A stretch of DNA of 32,000 nucleotides, taken from assembly GCF_051307035.1 (NCBI RefSeq), contig NZ_CP195536.1, forward strand, positions 1,260,001 through 1,292,000, written 5' to 3'. The notes beneath the pieces are model-generated. The model was not told the DNA's origin. It was given only the letters and a program-made list of their open reading frames with translations, and ran no database searches. Source of the DNA: Psychrobacter sp. DM4 (lineage in GTDB: Bacteria > Pseudomonadota > Gammaproteobacteria > Pseudomonadales > Moraxellaceae). Shown here one piece after another: positions 1-8,867 of this stretch (its first letter is position 1; every line of letters begins with the position of its first letter). The translations under genes were made by a program, and so were the position numbers.

Positions 1-1
1 G

Positions 2-1009
2 TTCAAAGCACGGCGCGAGTTACTAACCGCCTTTGATCGCGCGAATATTGATTGGTTCGTTGGCATAGATGCGCCCGATTTTAATTTGCGCGTCGCCAAA
101 AAGCTTAAACCCAAAGGCGTGTTTTGCGTACAATATGTTAGCCCTTCGATATGGGCGTGGCGGGAGTCTCGCATTCATGGTATCAAGGCTGCGACTCATT
201 TGGTGCTCTGTCTATTCCCATTTGAGTTACCTGTATACGAGCGTCACAATCATCCTGCCATATGCGTTGGACACCCGCTACTGCGCACGATAGATCAGGT
301 GCTGATAGAGACACCGATGACGCAGCTGCGCAGCGAGCTGGTCTGGCACAATGATGGCCTGCAACAGTTTTTCATCGAACGTTTCGATGCGGTCAGTCAG
401 CTTATCTGCGTGATGCCAGGATCCCGCCGCGGTGAGATTACTGCGATCTTGCCCTTGATGCTCGATGGTATACAAAAACTGATATTACTTGATCCGAAGT
501 TGTGTTTTATCATTCCAACTGTTGATCAAAACCATCAGTACATCGTACAAGACGTCATTGATAAACGCTCAGAATCGCTACGGGCTGCGATTGTCGTTGT
601 CTATGATGACAGCTTACCTACGTTTAGTCAGCAGGCAATGGCTGCCTCCGACATGGTCATGCTCGCTTCAGGCACTGCTACCTTGGAGGCGATGCTACTT
701 GAGCGACCAATGGTCGTCATCTACCAGTTAAATCAGCTCACTTACCGAATTGCCAAGCGTTTGGTAAAAGTGCCTTATGTTGCGCTGCCCAATATTTTGG
801 CAGGCGATGCTATTATTCCTGAGCTTATTCAAGAGCAAGCGACGGGCGACAATATTTGTCGCACTGTGATGCAATTGTTGCAGCCGCGCGCTTACGATGA
901 ACAATTAAGTGCTCTGGTTGAAACCAAACGCATTCTACAGCAGCAGAGTAATCACAATCCTGCTGATAGTGTCATTCAACAGGGTTTTGCGCAAAGCAAC
1001 TATCGCTAG
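2..1009 (+). CDS. lpxB: Lipid-A-disaccharide synthase LpxB (N-terminus lies left of the window)
   Basis: The frame is open from base 2. The translation ...FVGIDAPDFNLRVAKKLK...YVSPSIWAWRESRIHGIK...LFPFELPVYE...VGHPLL fits the GT19 LpxB pattern. rnhB follows, as in the conserved lpxB-rnhB arrangement. Stop TAG at 1007-1009. Confidence 0.9.
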   Translation, partial: FKARRELLTAFDRANIDWFVGIDAPDFNLRVAKKLKPKGVFCVQYVSPSIWAWRESRIHGIKAATHLVLCLFPFELPVYERHNHPAICVGHPLLRTIDQVLIETPMTQLRSELVWHNDGLQQFFIERFDAVSQLICVMPGSRRGEITAILPLMLDGIQKLILLDPKLCFIIPTVDQNHQYIVQDVIDKRSESLRAAIVVVYDDSLPTFSQQAMAASDMVMLASGTATLEAMLLERPMVVIYQLNQLTYRIAKRLVKVPYVALPNILAGDAIIPELIQEQATGDNICRTVMQLLQPRAYDEQLSALVETKRILQQQSNHNPADSVIQQGFAQSNYR

Positions 1010-1112
1010 TGTCTACGTTTCATCAAGCTATAAATATCTATTGAATTACTACGGTCTTAAATCATCAAAAAGTAAGCTATCAGTCTAGGTCACCAAAACA
1101 AGCTATCAAAAT

Positions 1113-1985
1113 ATGACTCACTCAGAGAGTATCATCGTACTCGACAATATTATCGAAAGTATAAATATCAAAGGTCACTGTGTCCGCTTAAATGCGTCCA
1201 TTACACTAGAGGGACAGCTGGATACTACTAAGCTGGCAGATGATATCAAGACAAATAAAAATGCGGAACCTGTCCAGCCATCACTACAAATAGGGGTGGA
1301 CGAGGCGGGGCGAGGCCCACTATTAGGCTGCGTTACTGTCGCCGCTGTGATACTGCCAAGTATAGGGTCAGGTCTCATTGAGCAACAGCTATTAAAAGAT
1401 ACGCCGCTCTCTATACTTACCGATTCCAAAAAGCTCAGTGAGAAGAAACGCGATATTCTTTATCCGCTCGTACAGCAGTATGCGTTAGGGTTCGTGGTCG
1501 CTGAGATACCTGCTGGCGTGATAGATCAGATTAATATCTTACAGGCAACTATGTTAGGTATGCGTTTGTGTAGCGAAGCTCTGTTAAAGGCGATAGCAAA
1601 ACATTCAATAAAAGTACTAAAAGATGATCATAGTGAGTACGTTGACCTGCAAGTAGAGCTACTATTCGATGGCAATCGCTGTCCAGATCTCGACTACTCG
1701 ATGCTCGATGAACTAGGAGTATCGCAGTCTATAATCGATTGTCAGCCTTGGATAAAAGGAGATGCTCGTCATACAAGTATTGCTGCAGCAAGCATATTAG
1801 CTAAAGTTAGTCGCGACAAGACAATGTATGAGATGGATAGTCTCTATCCCCATTACGCTATAGCTAAGCACAAGGGTTATCCTACGCAAGCTCATATAAA
1901 AGTTATAGCGGTACATGGTATTTTACCTGAACATAGACGTAGTTTTTCACCCATAAAAAAGGCATACGATATCCTTGAGGATTGA
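1113..1985 (+). CDS. rnhB: Ribonuclease HII, with N-terminal extension and internal insertions
   Basis: 290-aa ORF with [21 protein letters not shown] (DEAGRG catalytic motif), [31 protein letters not shown] and HKGYPT. No in-frame ATG lies between 1113 and the catalytic motif, so a ~55 aa N-terminal extension relative to E. coli RnhB is implied. Confidence 0.9.
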   Translation: MTHSESIIVLDNIIESINIKGHCVRLNASITLEGQLDTTKLADDIKTNKNAEPVQPSLQIGVDEAGRGPLLGCVTVAAVILPSIGSGLIEQQLLKDTPLSILTDSKKLSEKKRDILYPLVQQYALGFVVAEIPAGVIDQINILQATMLGMRLCSEALLKAIAKHSIKVLKDDHSEYVDLQVELLFDGNRCPDLDYSMLDELGVSQSIIDCQPWIKGDARHTSIAAASILAKVSRDKTMYEMDSLYPHYAIAKHKGYPTQAHIKVIAVHGILPEHRRSFSPIKKAYDILED

Positions 1986-2196
1986 ATATATTTAGAGCGT
2001 TTTCAGTTTGGTAGTATGCCTCTCGAAAAATAAAATAGCCTAAGTAACAGTAAATAAGTGACTGAAATATAACATATTTTGGATATAAAAAATTAAGCAA
2101 ATAATGTCTCTTTACTATTGAAAACTGTGTATCTTACGTTTATAGTTTGTAACTAGAGTTTGAGCAACATTCTAGTACTACTAAACAATCAAAGGA

Positions 2197-3498
2197 TTGA
2201 TGATGGTTTCAAAACTAATAGCAAAGCGTTCGAGCGTACTTATCTTTTCAACTTTGTTCTTGGTGGCATGTGGCGGCGGTGGTGACGGAGGCGGGGATTC
2301 AAACACTAGCTCTGATACCAACGAATCATCAGAGCCTAGTGTCCCGGAAACTGTCATCTCAGAACCGATCGTCTCTGAACCTATTGTTTCAGATTCAGAT
2401 TCAGATACCCAAATACCTGATGAATCAGAAGAGGAACAAGAGAGTGATGATCCTGTAGACACAAATCCTGTAATACCAGACAACAGTGTAGCCGCTGCTC
2501 AAATCGCTGATGATAAAATAAGGTTGGCACGTACTAATTGCGGTTTAAATGGTTTGTCCGATGATTCAGAGCTTGGCGCAGTTGCCATCAAACATGCCAA
2601 TTACATCAAATACGTATTCGCTAATAGTACACCAACCGTTTTTAATGCTCACAGAGAAGGGAGGATCAACGATATTGCTAATGTCACAGGCAATAACAAT
2701 CCTTTTTTCGGCGGTATTACTTTTGGCCAGCGTTTATCTAACGCCGGCTATACGAACGTCTTTAATGGGGTTACTGAGAATATCGCGCAAACAGTATATT
2801 ATAGTTCTGCTAATAATATAGTCACGCCAAACGTTGCAGCGCTTTCGATGACCAAATCTTTACTTGCTGCGCCTTATCATTTGCGTTCCCTTATGACGCC
2901 AAGTGCCAATCAAACAAGCTCTAGCTTTGTCGCCTACGAACCTCATGATAAATTAGGGTTTCAAAATGCAAAAGGCTATGTGCTAGTCAACCATGCTGCG
3001 GTAACTTCAGCGTCTAAAGACAACACAGTTGCAGGTGTCTTTACTTATCCTTGTCAAGGTGTGACTGGTACAGTCACCGCTCTTTACAACGAAAGCCCAA
3101 ACCCGTTTAGAGGTCCAAATGGAGTACCTACTCGAGATTTGCGTAATAATCCGATAGGTCAGCCTATCTATGTCAATATGCCATCGGCTCAAACCATCAA
3201 AGTGAGTAACGTCAGATTTCTCGATATTAAACGTAACTTAAGCATACCAATTAAGCAGATAGATTTTGATGCTGATCCATACAAAGGAACCAACTTTGAG
3301 CTGCCGGCAAACGAGGCGTTCATCATGCCGCTTACAGATAGTCTAAAAAGCTGTGAGGCTAAGCGCACGCAGAATCAAAGCCAACAATGCGGTCTCTATG
3401 GTAACAGTGAGTATCGCGTAAGCTTTGATGTGCTAGTCGATAATAAAGATATGCAAAGTAAATCATTTATCTTTAAGACAGGCAATGTAAGTTACTAG
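2197..3498 (+). CDS. Secreted lipoprotein: acidic low-complexity linker, CAP/SCP-like domain and an unrecognised Cys-containing C-terminal domain (paralog 1)
   Basis: 433-aa ORF. It has a signal peptide with lipobox LVAC followed by a GGGGDGGGD and S/D/E-rich linker (SEPIV x2, DSDSD). Then come R..NCGL..L..D..L...A.KHANY, TENIAQ and APYHLRSLM, which read like a CAP/SCP (PR-1-like) fold. About 55 percent of positions are identical to the next gene over ~330 aa. AAAGGA lies upstream of ATG 2197. Confidence 0.75.
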   Translation: MMMVSKLIAKRSSVLIFSTLFLVACGGGGDGGGDSNTSSDTNESSEPSVPETVISEPIVSEPIVSDSDSDTQIPDESEEEQESDDPVDTNPVIPDNSVAAAQIADDKIRLARTNCGLNGLSDDSELGAVAIKHANYIKYVFANSTPTVFNAHREGRINDIANVTGNNNPFFGGITFGQRLSNAGYTNVFNGVTENIAQTVYYSSANNIVTPNVAALSMTKSLLAAPYHLRSLMTPSANQTSSSFVAYEPHDKLGFQNAKGYVLVNHAAVTSASKDNTVAGVFTYPCQGVTGTVTALYNESPNPFRGPNGVPTRDLRNNPIGQPIYVNMPSAQTIKVSNVRFLDIKRNLSIPIKQIDFDADPYKGTNFELPANEAFIMPLTDSLKSCEAKRTQNQSQQCGLYGNSEYRVSFDVLVDNKDMQSKSFIFKTGNVSY

Positions 3499-3555
3499 CA
3501 TACAATTAAAGACAAAGCAGGTTTGTCCTAGTTACGACTGACTTCATGAATACTA

Positions 3556-3588
3556 AAAAGTATAAGGTACCCCCTTATACTTTTTTTA
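3556..3588 (+). terminator. Rho-independent terminator after paralog 1
   Basis: GTATAAGG (3560-3567) pairs with CCTTATAC (3573-3580), followed by a T7 run. Confidence 0.8.
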
Positions 3589-3683
3589 TTTATTTCCTAC
3601 TCAGATTATAGAACGATGCTGTATTGTATTTAAAATTAATTTTACTGATAAGTTATAACTGATTAAAGAGAGTAGGGCTATTA

Positions 3684-4970
3684 ATGACCGCTAAAACGTC
3701 AAGCAGATATTCAGGGCTACTGGTTATTTTACTATTGTTGTTACCTGCTTATGATGGTGTAGATAGAACGTACTTGAGCGATACATATATCAAAGATTTT
3801 GATGCTCTAGTCAATACACTTCGATCGAACATCGATCGTGATATTGGGTACACAACTGCGGTCGATGTGGTAGATGATAGAGCAGTGGCAGATAATGATG
3901 TTGATGACAGTGACAACAATCAAGATAGCGAGAGAGACTTAGAGATTGACAGAGGTTTGGACAATTATAATAACAATGAAAACGCGGCTTTGATTGCTGA
4001 TAACGAGTTTAATCTAGCTAGAAGTCATTGTGGGTTAGATACTTTGTTACCAGATGAGAAGCTCAAGCAAATCGCTCTACAACACGCCAATTACATTAAA
4101 TACGCTTTTGAGAAGTCTACACCGACTAGGTTTAATCCGCATTATCAGATGAAAATTAATGATATCGCTTCGGTAACGAGCACCAATAACCCATATTTTG
4201 GTGGTCTAGACGTTAAAAATCGCATGTTAAATGCGGACTATCCTAACATCAATTATGGCATCACAGAGAACATCGCGCAGACAAGGTACTATCATTCGGC
4301 AGGTAGACTAATATCTCCTACGGTTGCGACGCTTTCGATGGCAAAAACCTTGCTGGCAGCACCTTATCATCTGCGCTCACTAATGGCGCCACAATCAAAA
4401 GTCGTAGGCACAGCAGTGGTCGGCTACAAACCCTTTGACAAAAATAAAAACAACAACCAAGGGTATGTGCTAGTTACCAATGCAGCCGCCACCAGAGAAA
4501 CGTCTAGAACGACATTCTCCGGTGTTTTTACGTATCCATGCCAAGGCATCAATGAAACTGTGACGGGACTTTATAATGAGACGCCAGATCCTGTAAAGCA
4601 TACTGGTCGCAACCTAAGCACTGATCCGATAGGTCAGCCTATATACATTAATATGCCAAAAGCTAAACGAATTCAAATTATCAATGTTGAGGTTTATGAC
4701 GTTGAGCGTGATGTATCAGTGCCCACGCAAGTCCTCAGTTATCAAAACGACCCGTACAAAAATACAGAGTTTGCCCTACCATCGAACGAAGCTTTTATAT
4801 TGCCTATTACTGATGATCTAAACAGCTGCGAGACTAGGATAACAAAACAAAAAAACTGCGGACTGTATGGTAAGAGTGAGTATCGGGTTAGTTTTGATAT
4901 TGTAGTCAACAATGGACGCGTGCAGAATCAGTCTTTTAGCTTTAGAACAGGAGCCGTTAATTACTCGTAA
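3684..4970 (+). CDS. Secreted CAP/SCP-like protein, tandem paralog 2 (no lipobox)
   Basis: 428-aa ORF with an N-terminal hydrophobic signal (GLLVILLLLLPA) and a D/N-rich acidic region. The conserved core is shared with 2197-3498: HCGL, HANYIKY, TENIAQT, AAPYHLRSLM, VFTYPCQG, PIGQPIY.NMP, DPYK.T.F.LP.NEAF, SCE, CGLYG.SEYRVSFD. Confidence 0.75.
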   Translation: MTAKTSSRYSGLLVILLLLLPAYDGVDRTYLSDTYIKDFDALVNTLRSNIDRDIGYTTAVDVVDDRAVADNDVDDSDNNQDSERDLEIDRGLDNYNNNENAALIADNEFNLARSHCGLDTLLPDEKLKQIALQHANYIKYAFEKSTPTRFNPHYQMKINDIASVTSTNNPYFGGLDVKNRMLNADYPNINYGITENIAQTRYYHSAGRLISPTVATLSMAKTLLAAPYHLRSLMAPQSKVVGTAVVGYKPFDKNKNNNQGYVLVTNAAATRETSRTTFSGVFTYPCQGINETVTGLYNETPDPVKHTGRNLSTDPIGQPIYINMPKAKRIQIINVEVYDVERDVSVPTQVLSYQNDPYKNTEFALPSNEAFILPITDDLNSCETRITKQKNCGLYGKSEYRVSFDIVVNNGRVQNQSFSFRTGAVNYS

Positions 4971-5009
4971 CACGTTACTCCATTTCCATAGATCGCTACC
5001 TTTATAGGT

Positions 5010-5675
5010 TTAAAACGAAGAGCCAGGCTGCTCTAAGAACGCTTTTTCCTCATTAGTAGAGGTGCGACCTAGTACCTCGTTGCGGTGCGGATAGCGGCCA
5101 AACTTATCGATAATATCTTTATGACGGTGTTCAAAATCTAAAGTATTTGCGTCGTTTAATTGCTCAAATAGCGGCAAGTAACGCTCATGGATCATAGCTG
5201 ACTCTGAGTGCATAAAGGGCATGATAATAAACCTGCGCCATTCCATAGGCAAATTATTAAAATGTGGCTGATCGATAGCTTCTTGCGCCAACACCAATGC
5301 CATACCGTCTTGTGCAAAAGCGCAAGCCTTATCTCGGCACAGATTGCGCGAGAACTGATCAAGCACAATAATCTCTGCCAATCGTCCCGCCAAAGCAGTA
5401 ATTGAGCTATTACTGTCGGCTGACGCGTCTGCCATACGCCAAGTCACGCACTCGCCTTGCTTAGCCGCTTGCCAAATATCACTAAACTTATTCTCTATTC
5501 GTTTATCAAAGTCATCATTTTGTTCAAACCAATACCCATCACTATCCTTGTCGAACCAAAAATCTAAGACTGCGCGCGCGTCCGTATTAAGGTGCTCTAA
5601 ACTGATGTTTTTTGGTTCGAGTTGAGAGGCATTGGCTTGACTTGCAGAGGTGGAATAATCCGTTGAGAGTGACAT
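5010..5675 (-). CDS. DUF924 family protein
   Basis: 221-aa ORF with VLDFWF...WF...FD..I, LAEIIVLDQFSRNLCR, PFMHSES and FGRYPHRNEVLGRTSTNEEKAFL. This is the DUF924 signature as I recall it. Confidence 0.85.
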   Translation of the reverse strand: MSLSTDYSTSASQANASQLEPKNISLEHLNTDARAVLDFWFDKDSDGYWFEQNDDFDKRIENKFSDIWQAAKQGECVTWRMADASADSNSSITALAGRLAEIIVLDQFSRNLCRDKACAFAQDGMALVLAQEAIDQPHFNNLPMEWRRFIIMPFMHSESAMIHERYLPLFEQLNDANTLDFEHRHKDIIDKFGRYPHRNEVLGRTSTNEEKAFLEQPGSSF

Positions 5676-5732
5676 AAAATATTCTAATTATGGTGGATTT
5701 AGTCTACTATAGCGCAAATATTTATATCTGTC

Positions 5733-5755
5733 ATGATAGCAATATTGTCTATCAT
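5733..5755. promoter_or_regulatory. Near-perfect 23-bp palindrome, candidate operator in the DUF924/nspC divergent promoter region
   Basis: ATGATAGCAATATTGTCTATCAT: arms ATGATAG / CTATCAT around a palindromic CAATATTG core, with one extra base. It ends 24 nt upstream of the nspC ATG. Confidence 0.35.
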
Positions 5756-5778
5756 ATATAGCCATTAGGTGACCTTTT

Positions 5779-7002
5779 ATGCACACAGTTCCAGATGCTA
5801 ATTTACTTGCGATACCAACGCCTTACTACTTGCTCGATGAAGCTGCAATCGTTGACAATATGCAGATCATCGCCCGTCTGTGTGAGCTATCAGGCGCCAA
5901 AGCCTTACTCGCGCTCAAATGCTTTGCCACATGGGGCGTGTTTGATGTAATGCAGCCTTACTTGCATGGCACAACCTCATCGTCTCTCAATGAAGTGCGT
6001 TTGGGCTATGAGACTTTTAGCAATAATCATAATGAAGACCCACGTTATAAAAATAGAGACAAAAAAGAAACCCATGCCTATAGCGTGGCCTATAGCGCAG
6101 ATGAGATAGATGAAGTGCTAATCTACGCGGATAAAATTATCTTTAACTCCATCTCACAGTTAAATGCCTTTAAAGATAAAGCCAGTGCACAGAATATTCC
6201 AGTAGGACTGCGATTAAACCCCAAGACCAGCAACTCATCTTTTATCATTGCAGATCCTGCTCGGCCTTTTAGCCGTCTTGGTGAGCATGATAGAGATAAA
6301 ATTATAGCGGTGCTCGGTGATATCACTGGAGTCATGATTCATAACAACTGTGAGAACGATAGCTTTGAGGCGTTTAGCGATAGTCTGGCGGATATCGAAG
6401 CTAGGTTTGGTAATGTGTTAGCGCAGCTTGAATGGGTAAGCTTGGGCGGTGGTATCCATTTTATCGCTCCTGATTATCCACTAGAAAAGTTGGCGACGCG
6501 ATTAAAGAGCTTTAGCGAAAAATATGGCGTACAAGTCTATTTAGAGCCAGGTGAAGCAAGTATTCATGGATCAGGATCACTGGTGACAACCGTGTTAGAT
6601 ACCATGCACAACGAAAAAAACCTCGCTGTCGTCGATGCATCAATAGAGGCGCATATGCTGGATTTATTGATCTATCAAGAATCAGCGAGCGTTGCTTCTA
6701 TCAATGATCATGCAATTAGCGTCGCGCCTGTTGGCACTGAGCAAAAAAACAACGCGCCTGATAATACAATTATCTACGGTCGCTCATGTTTGGCAGGTGA
6801 TATCTTTGGCGAGTATGCACTACCTAACCAGTTACAGGTAGGTGATACCATCGCGTTTGGTAATGCCGCAGGCTATACGATGGTGAAGAAAAACTGGTTC
6901 AATGGCGTGGGCATGCCAGCGATTGTCATTCGTCGCCTTGATGGCAGTATCGATATTCAGCGCAAGTTTGATTACCAAGATTACAAGGATAGCTTGTCTT
7001 AA
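5779..7002 (+). CDS. nspC: Carboxynorspermidine/carboxyspermidine decarboxylase
   Basis: 407-aa ORF. TPYYLLDEAAI..., ALKCFATWGVFDVMQPYLHGTTSSSLNEVRLGYE, THAYSVAYS, YLEPGEA and GYTMVKKNWFNG align along the whole length with Vibrio NspC as remembered. Confidence 0.92.
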   Translation: MHTVPDANLLAIPTPYYLLDEAAIVDNMQIIARLCELSGAKALLALKCFATWGVFDVMQPYLHGTTSSSLNEVRLGYETFSNNHNEDPRYKNRDKKETHAYSVAYSADEIDEVLIYADKIIFNSISQLNAFKDKASAQNIPVGLRLNPKTSNSSFIIADPARPFSRLGEHDRDKIIAVLGDITGVMIHNNCENDSFEAFSDSLADIEARFGNVLAQLEWVSLGGGIHFIAPDYPLEKLATRLKSFSEKYGVQVYLEPGEASIHGSGSLVTTVLDTMHNEKNLAVVDASIEAHMLDLLIYQESASVASINDHAISVAPVGTEQKNNAPDNTIIYGRSCLAGDIFGEYALPNQLQVGDTIAFGNAAGYTMVKKNWFNGVGMPAIVIRRLDGSIDIQRKFDYQDYKDSLS

Positions 7003-7118
7003 ATAACTGCGTTGCTCAATCTGCGTAAACGCTAAAAAACAAAGGTTTAGAGATAACTATCTGTAGTTTTTGTTGCTGTATTTTTATACATTATTTTTAC
7101 TATTAACAGAATAAAAAT

Positions 7119-7286
7119 TGTTATAATCGCCACGGGCAAATAGCTATCGACTAAAAACGATGTTTGCCCGACGGGTGCGTGGGTTTTCCTCGGTCTTCCT
7201 TTTTCATTCACGCACATCATTCACTCGTTGCTGTTTTGCATAGCCATATCACTGGTATCGACAGGGACACAAAGGAGGATTGTTCA
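7119..7286 (+). promoter_or_regulatory. Extended -10 promoter (TGTTATAAT) plus a ~155-nt structured leader of the carboxynorspermidine synthase gene
   Basis: TGnTATAAT at 7119-7127. Hairpin 1 is GGGCAAA (7134-7140) / TTTGCCC (7163-7169) with an inner ATCG/CGAT. Hairpin 2 is GTGCGTG (7176-7182) / CACGCAC (7209-7215). Its pyrimidine loop CTTCCTTT (7195-7202) is complementary to the SD AAAGGAGG (7271-7278). Confidence 0.35.
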
Positions 7287-8558
7287 TTGAACACAAACCA
7301 AACCAAACCCAGCAAAAAAGACGTACTTATCATCGGTGCAGGCGGCGTCGCGCAAGTAGTCGCCCATAAATGTGCGATGCACAATGACGTGCTTGGCGAG
7401 ATTCATATTGCCTCTCGCACCAAGGATAAATGTGATGCCATCGCTCAGAGCGTAAAAGACAAAGGCAGCTTTAAGCAAGCTGCTGTCTTGCATACGCACC
7501 AAGTCGATGCCATGGATACTCAAGCTGTCATCGATCTTATCAACGATATCGGTATTCAAATCTTAATTAACGTCGGCTCGGCATTTATCAATATGACCGT
7601 ATTAGAAGCTTGTATCGAGACGGGTACAGCCTATATCGATACCGCCATTCATGAGGATCCGCGCAAAATTTGCGAGACGCCGCCATGGTATGACAACTAT
7701 GAGTGGCAGCGTCGTCAGCGCTGTGCGGACAACAATGTCACGGCGATTTTGGGCGCAGGCTTTGATCCTGGTATGGTCAACGCTTATGCGCGTCTGGGCT
7801 ATGACATGATGGATGCAGGCTCAGTCACTGATATCGATATCATCGACATAAACGCCGGCGATCATGGTAAGTATTTTGCTACTAACTTCGATCCTGAGAT
7901 TAATTTTCGTGAGTTCACGGGAACCGTCTACTCTTGGCAGGACAGCAAATGGCAGTCTAATAAAATGTTCGAAGTCAAGCGTACTGACGATCTGCCAGTC
8001 GTTGGCATGCAAAACAGCTACTTGAGTGGTCATGATGAAATTCACTCATTGTCAGCCAATTTAGATGTGCCTAATATACGCTTTTGGATGGGCTTTGGTG
8101 AGCACTATATCAATGTGTTTACCGTCTTACAAAGCCTAGGTCTGTTGTCCGAGCAGCCGGTAATGACTGCCGAAGGGCAAGAAGTCATTCCATTAAAAGT
8201 GGTCAAAGCGGTACTACCAGATCCAAGTTCGCTGGCGCCAAACTATACGGGCAAAACCTGTATTGGTGATAAAGTCAAAGGCAAGATTAATGGCGTCGAT
8301 ACTGAGGTATTTATCTACAATATCTCCGATCACAAAGACGCCTATAATGAGGTCGGTAGCCAAGGGATCTCTTATACCGCAGGCGTGCCTCCTGTCGCGG
8401 CTGCTATGTTAATCGCCACAGGCGAGTGGGACGCGGGCAAAATGGTCAACGTCGAAGAGCTGGATGCCAAGCCCTTTATTAACCTCCTCAACAAGATAGG
8501 TCTACCAACACGCATTCAAGATAGCGAAGGTGATAGAGCGTTAGAATTCGATATTTAG
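7287..8558 (+). CDS. Carboxynorspermidine synthase (saccharopine dehydrogenase-like, CANSDH)
   Basis: The likely start is TTG 7287, 7 nt after AAGGAGG (7273-7279). The N-terminus KKDVLIIGAGGVAQVVAHKCAMHNDVLGEIHIASR matches the Rossmann start of CANSDH proteins. The gene is adjacent to nspC. The ORF-track start at 7164 is probably leader sequence read in frame. Confidence 0.88.
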   Translation: MNTNQTKPSKKDVLIIGAGGVAQVVAHKCAMHNDVLGEIHIASRTKDKCDAIAQSVKDKGSFKQAAVLHTHQVDAMDTQAVIDLINDIGIQILINVGSAFINMTVLEACIETGTAYIDTAIHEDPRKICETPPWYDNYEWQRRQRCADNNVTAILGAGFDPGMVNAYARLGYDMMDAGSVTDIDIIDINAGDHGKYFATNFDPEINFREFTGTVYSWQDSKWQSNKMFEVKRTDDLPVVGMQNSYLSGHDEIHSLSANLDVPNIRFWMGFGEHYINVFTVLQSLGLLSEQPVMTAEGQEVIPLKVVKAVLPDPSSLAPNYTGKTCIGDKVKGKINGVDTEVFIYNISDHKDAYNEVGSQGISYTAGVPPVAAAMLIATGEWDAGKMVNVEELDAKPFINLLNKIGLPTRIQDSEGDRALEFDI

Positions 8559-8578
8559 TCAGTAAGTTTATTTAATAG

Positions 8579-8608
8579 AAAGCCTATCTTTTAAAGATAG
8601 GCTTTTTT
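8579..8608 (+). terminator. Rho-independent terminator
   Basis: AAAGCCTATCTTT pairs with AAAGATAGGCTTT, followed by a T run, 20 nt after the stop codon. Confidence 0.85.
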
Positions 8609-8633
8609 ATGCTTGATTTTACAAGAAAATAGG

Positions 8634-8788
8634 GGAGCCAATCCTGCCATCCGCTATTATCTGCCATTTCTGCTAGGGCAGCGGCTACTGGCGGGACAGG
8701 TTGCTGCTACCGCGACACCCTGACCCACCGAGCCTTTGCAACCTAGCAGTTATGACAGGATAGCCGCTACAGTCAGGGCTAGCGGTGA
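8634..8788 (+). repeat. GC-rich structured intergenic repeat, long copy (A)
   Basis: The 5' end GGAGCCAATCCTGCCATCCGCTATTATCTGC and the 3' end ACAGGATAGCCGCTACAGTCAGGGCTA are each ~85-90 percent identical to the ends of the 11631-11718 copy, in the same orientation. The ends pair (8653-8663 with 8756-8764). An internal stem is CTGCTAGG (8670-8677) / CCTAGCAG (8742-8749), and a 3' hairpin is CCGCTA/TAGCGG. Confidence 0.8.
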
Positions 8789-8867
8789 CATCGCGTTCTT
8801 GCTACTATCTATCGTGTTTTGAATTATTTATAATAGTCTCAAATATTCTTATTTGTATAATATAAAA

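Noticed and set aside
2181-2483. A 100-aa minus-strand ORF antisense to the 5' end of the lipoprotein gene, plus the 62-aa and 90-aa plus-strand ORFs inside it.
   Set aside because: These are shadow ORFs over the acidic low-complexity linker. The lipoprotein frame has a signal peptide, a lipobox and paralog support.
7164-7286. The ORF-track start at 7164, which gives a 41-aa N-terminal extension to the carboxynorspermidine synthase.
   Set aside because: The extension has no SD and overlaps the leader hairpins. TTG 7287 follows a perfect AAGGAGG, and homologs begin just before the GAGGVG Rossmann motif.
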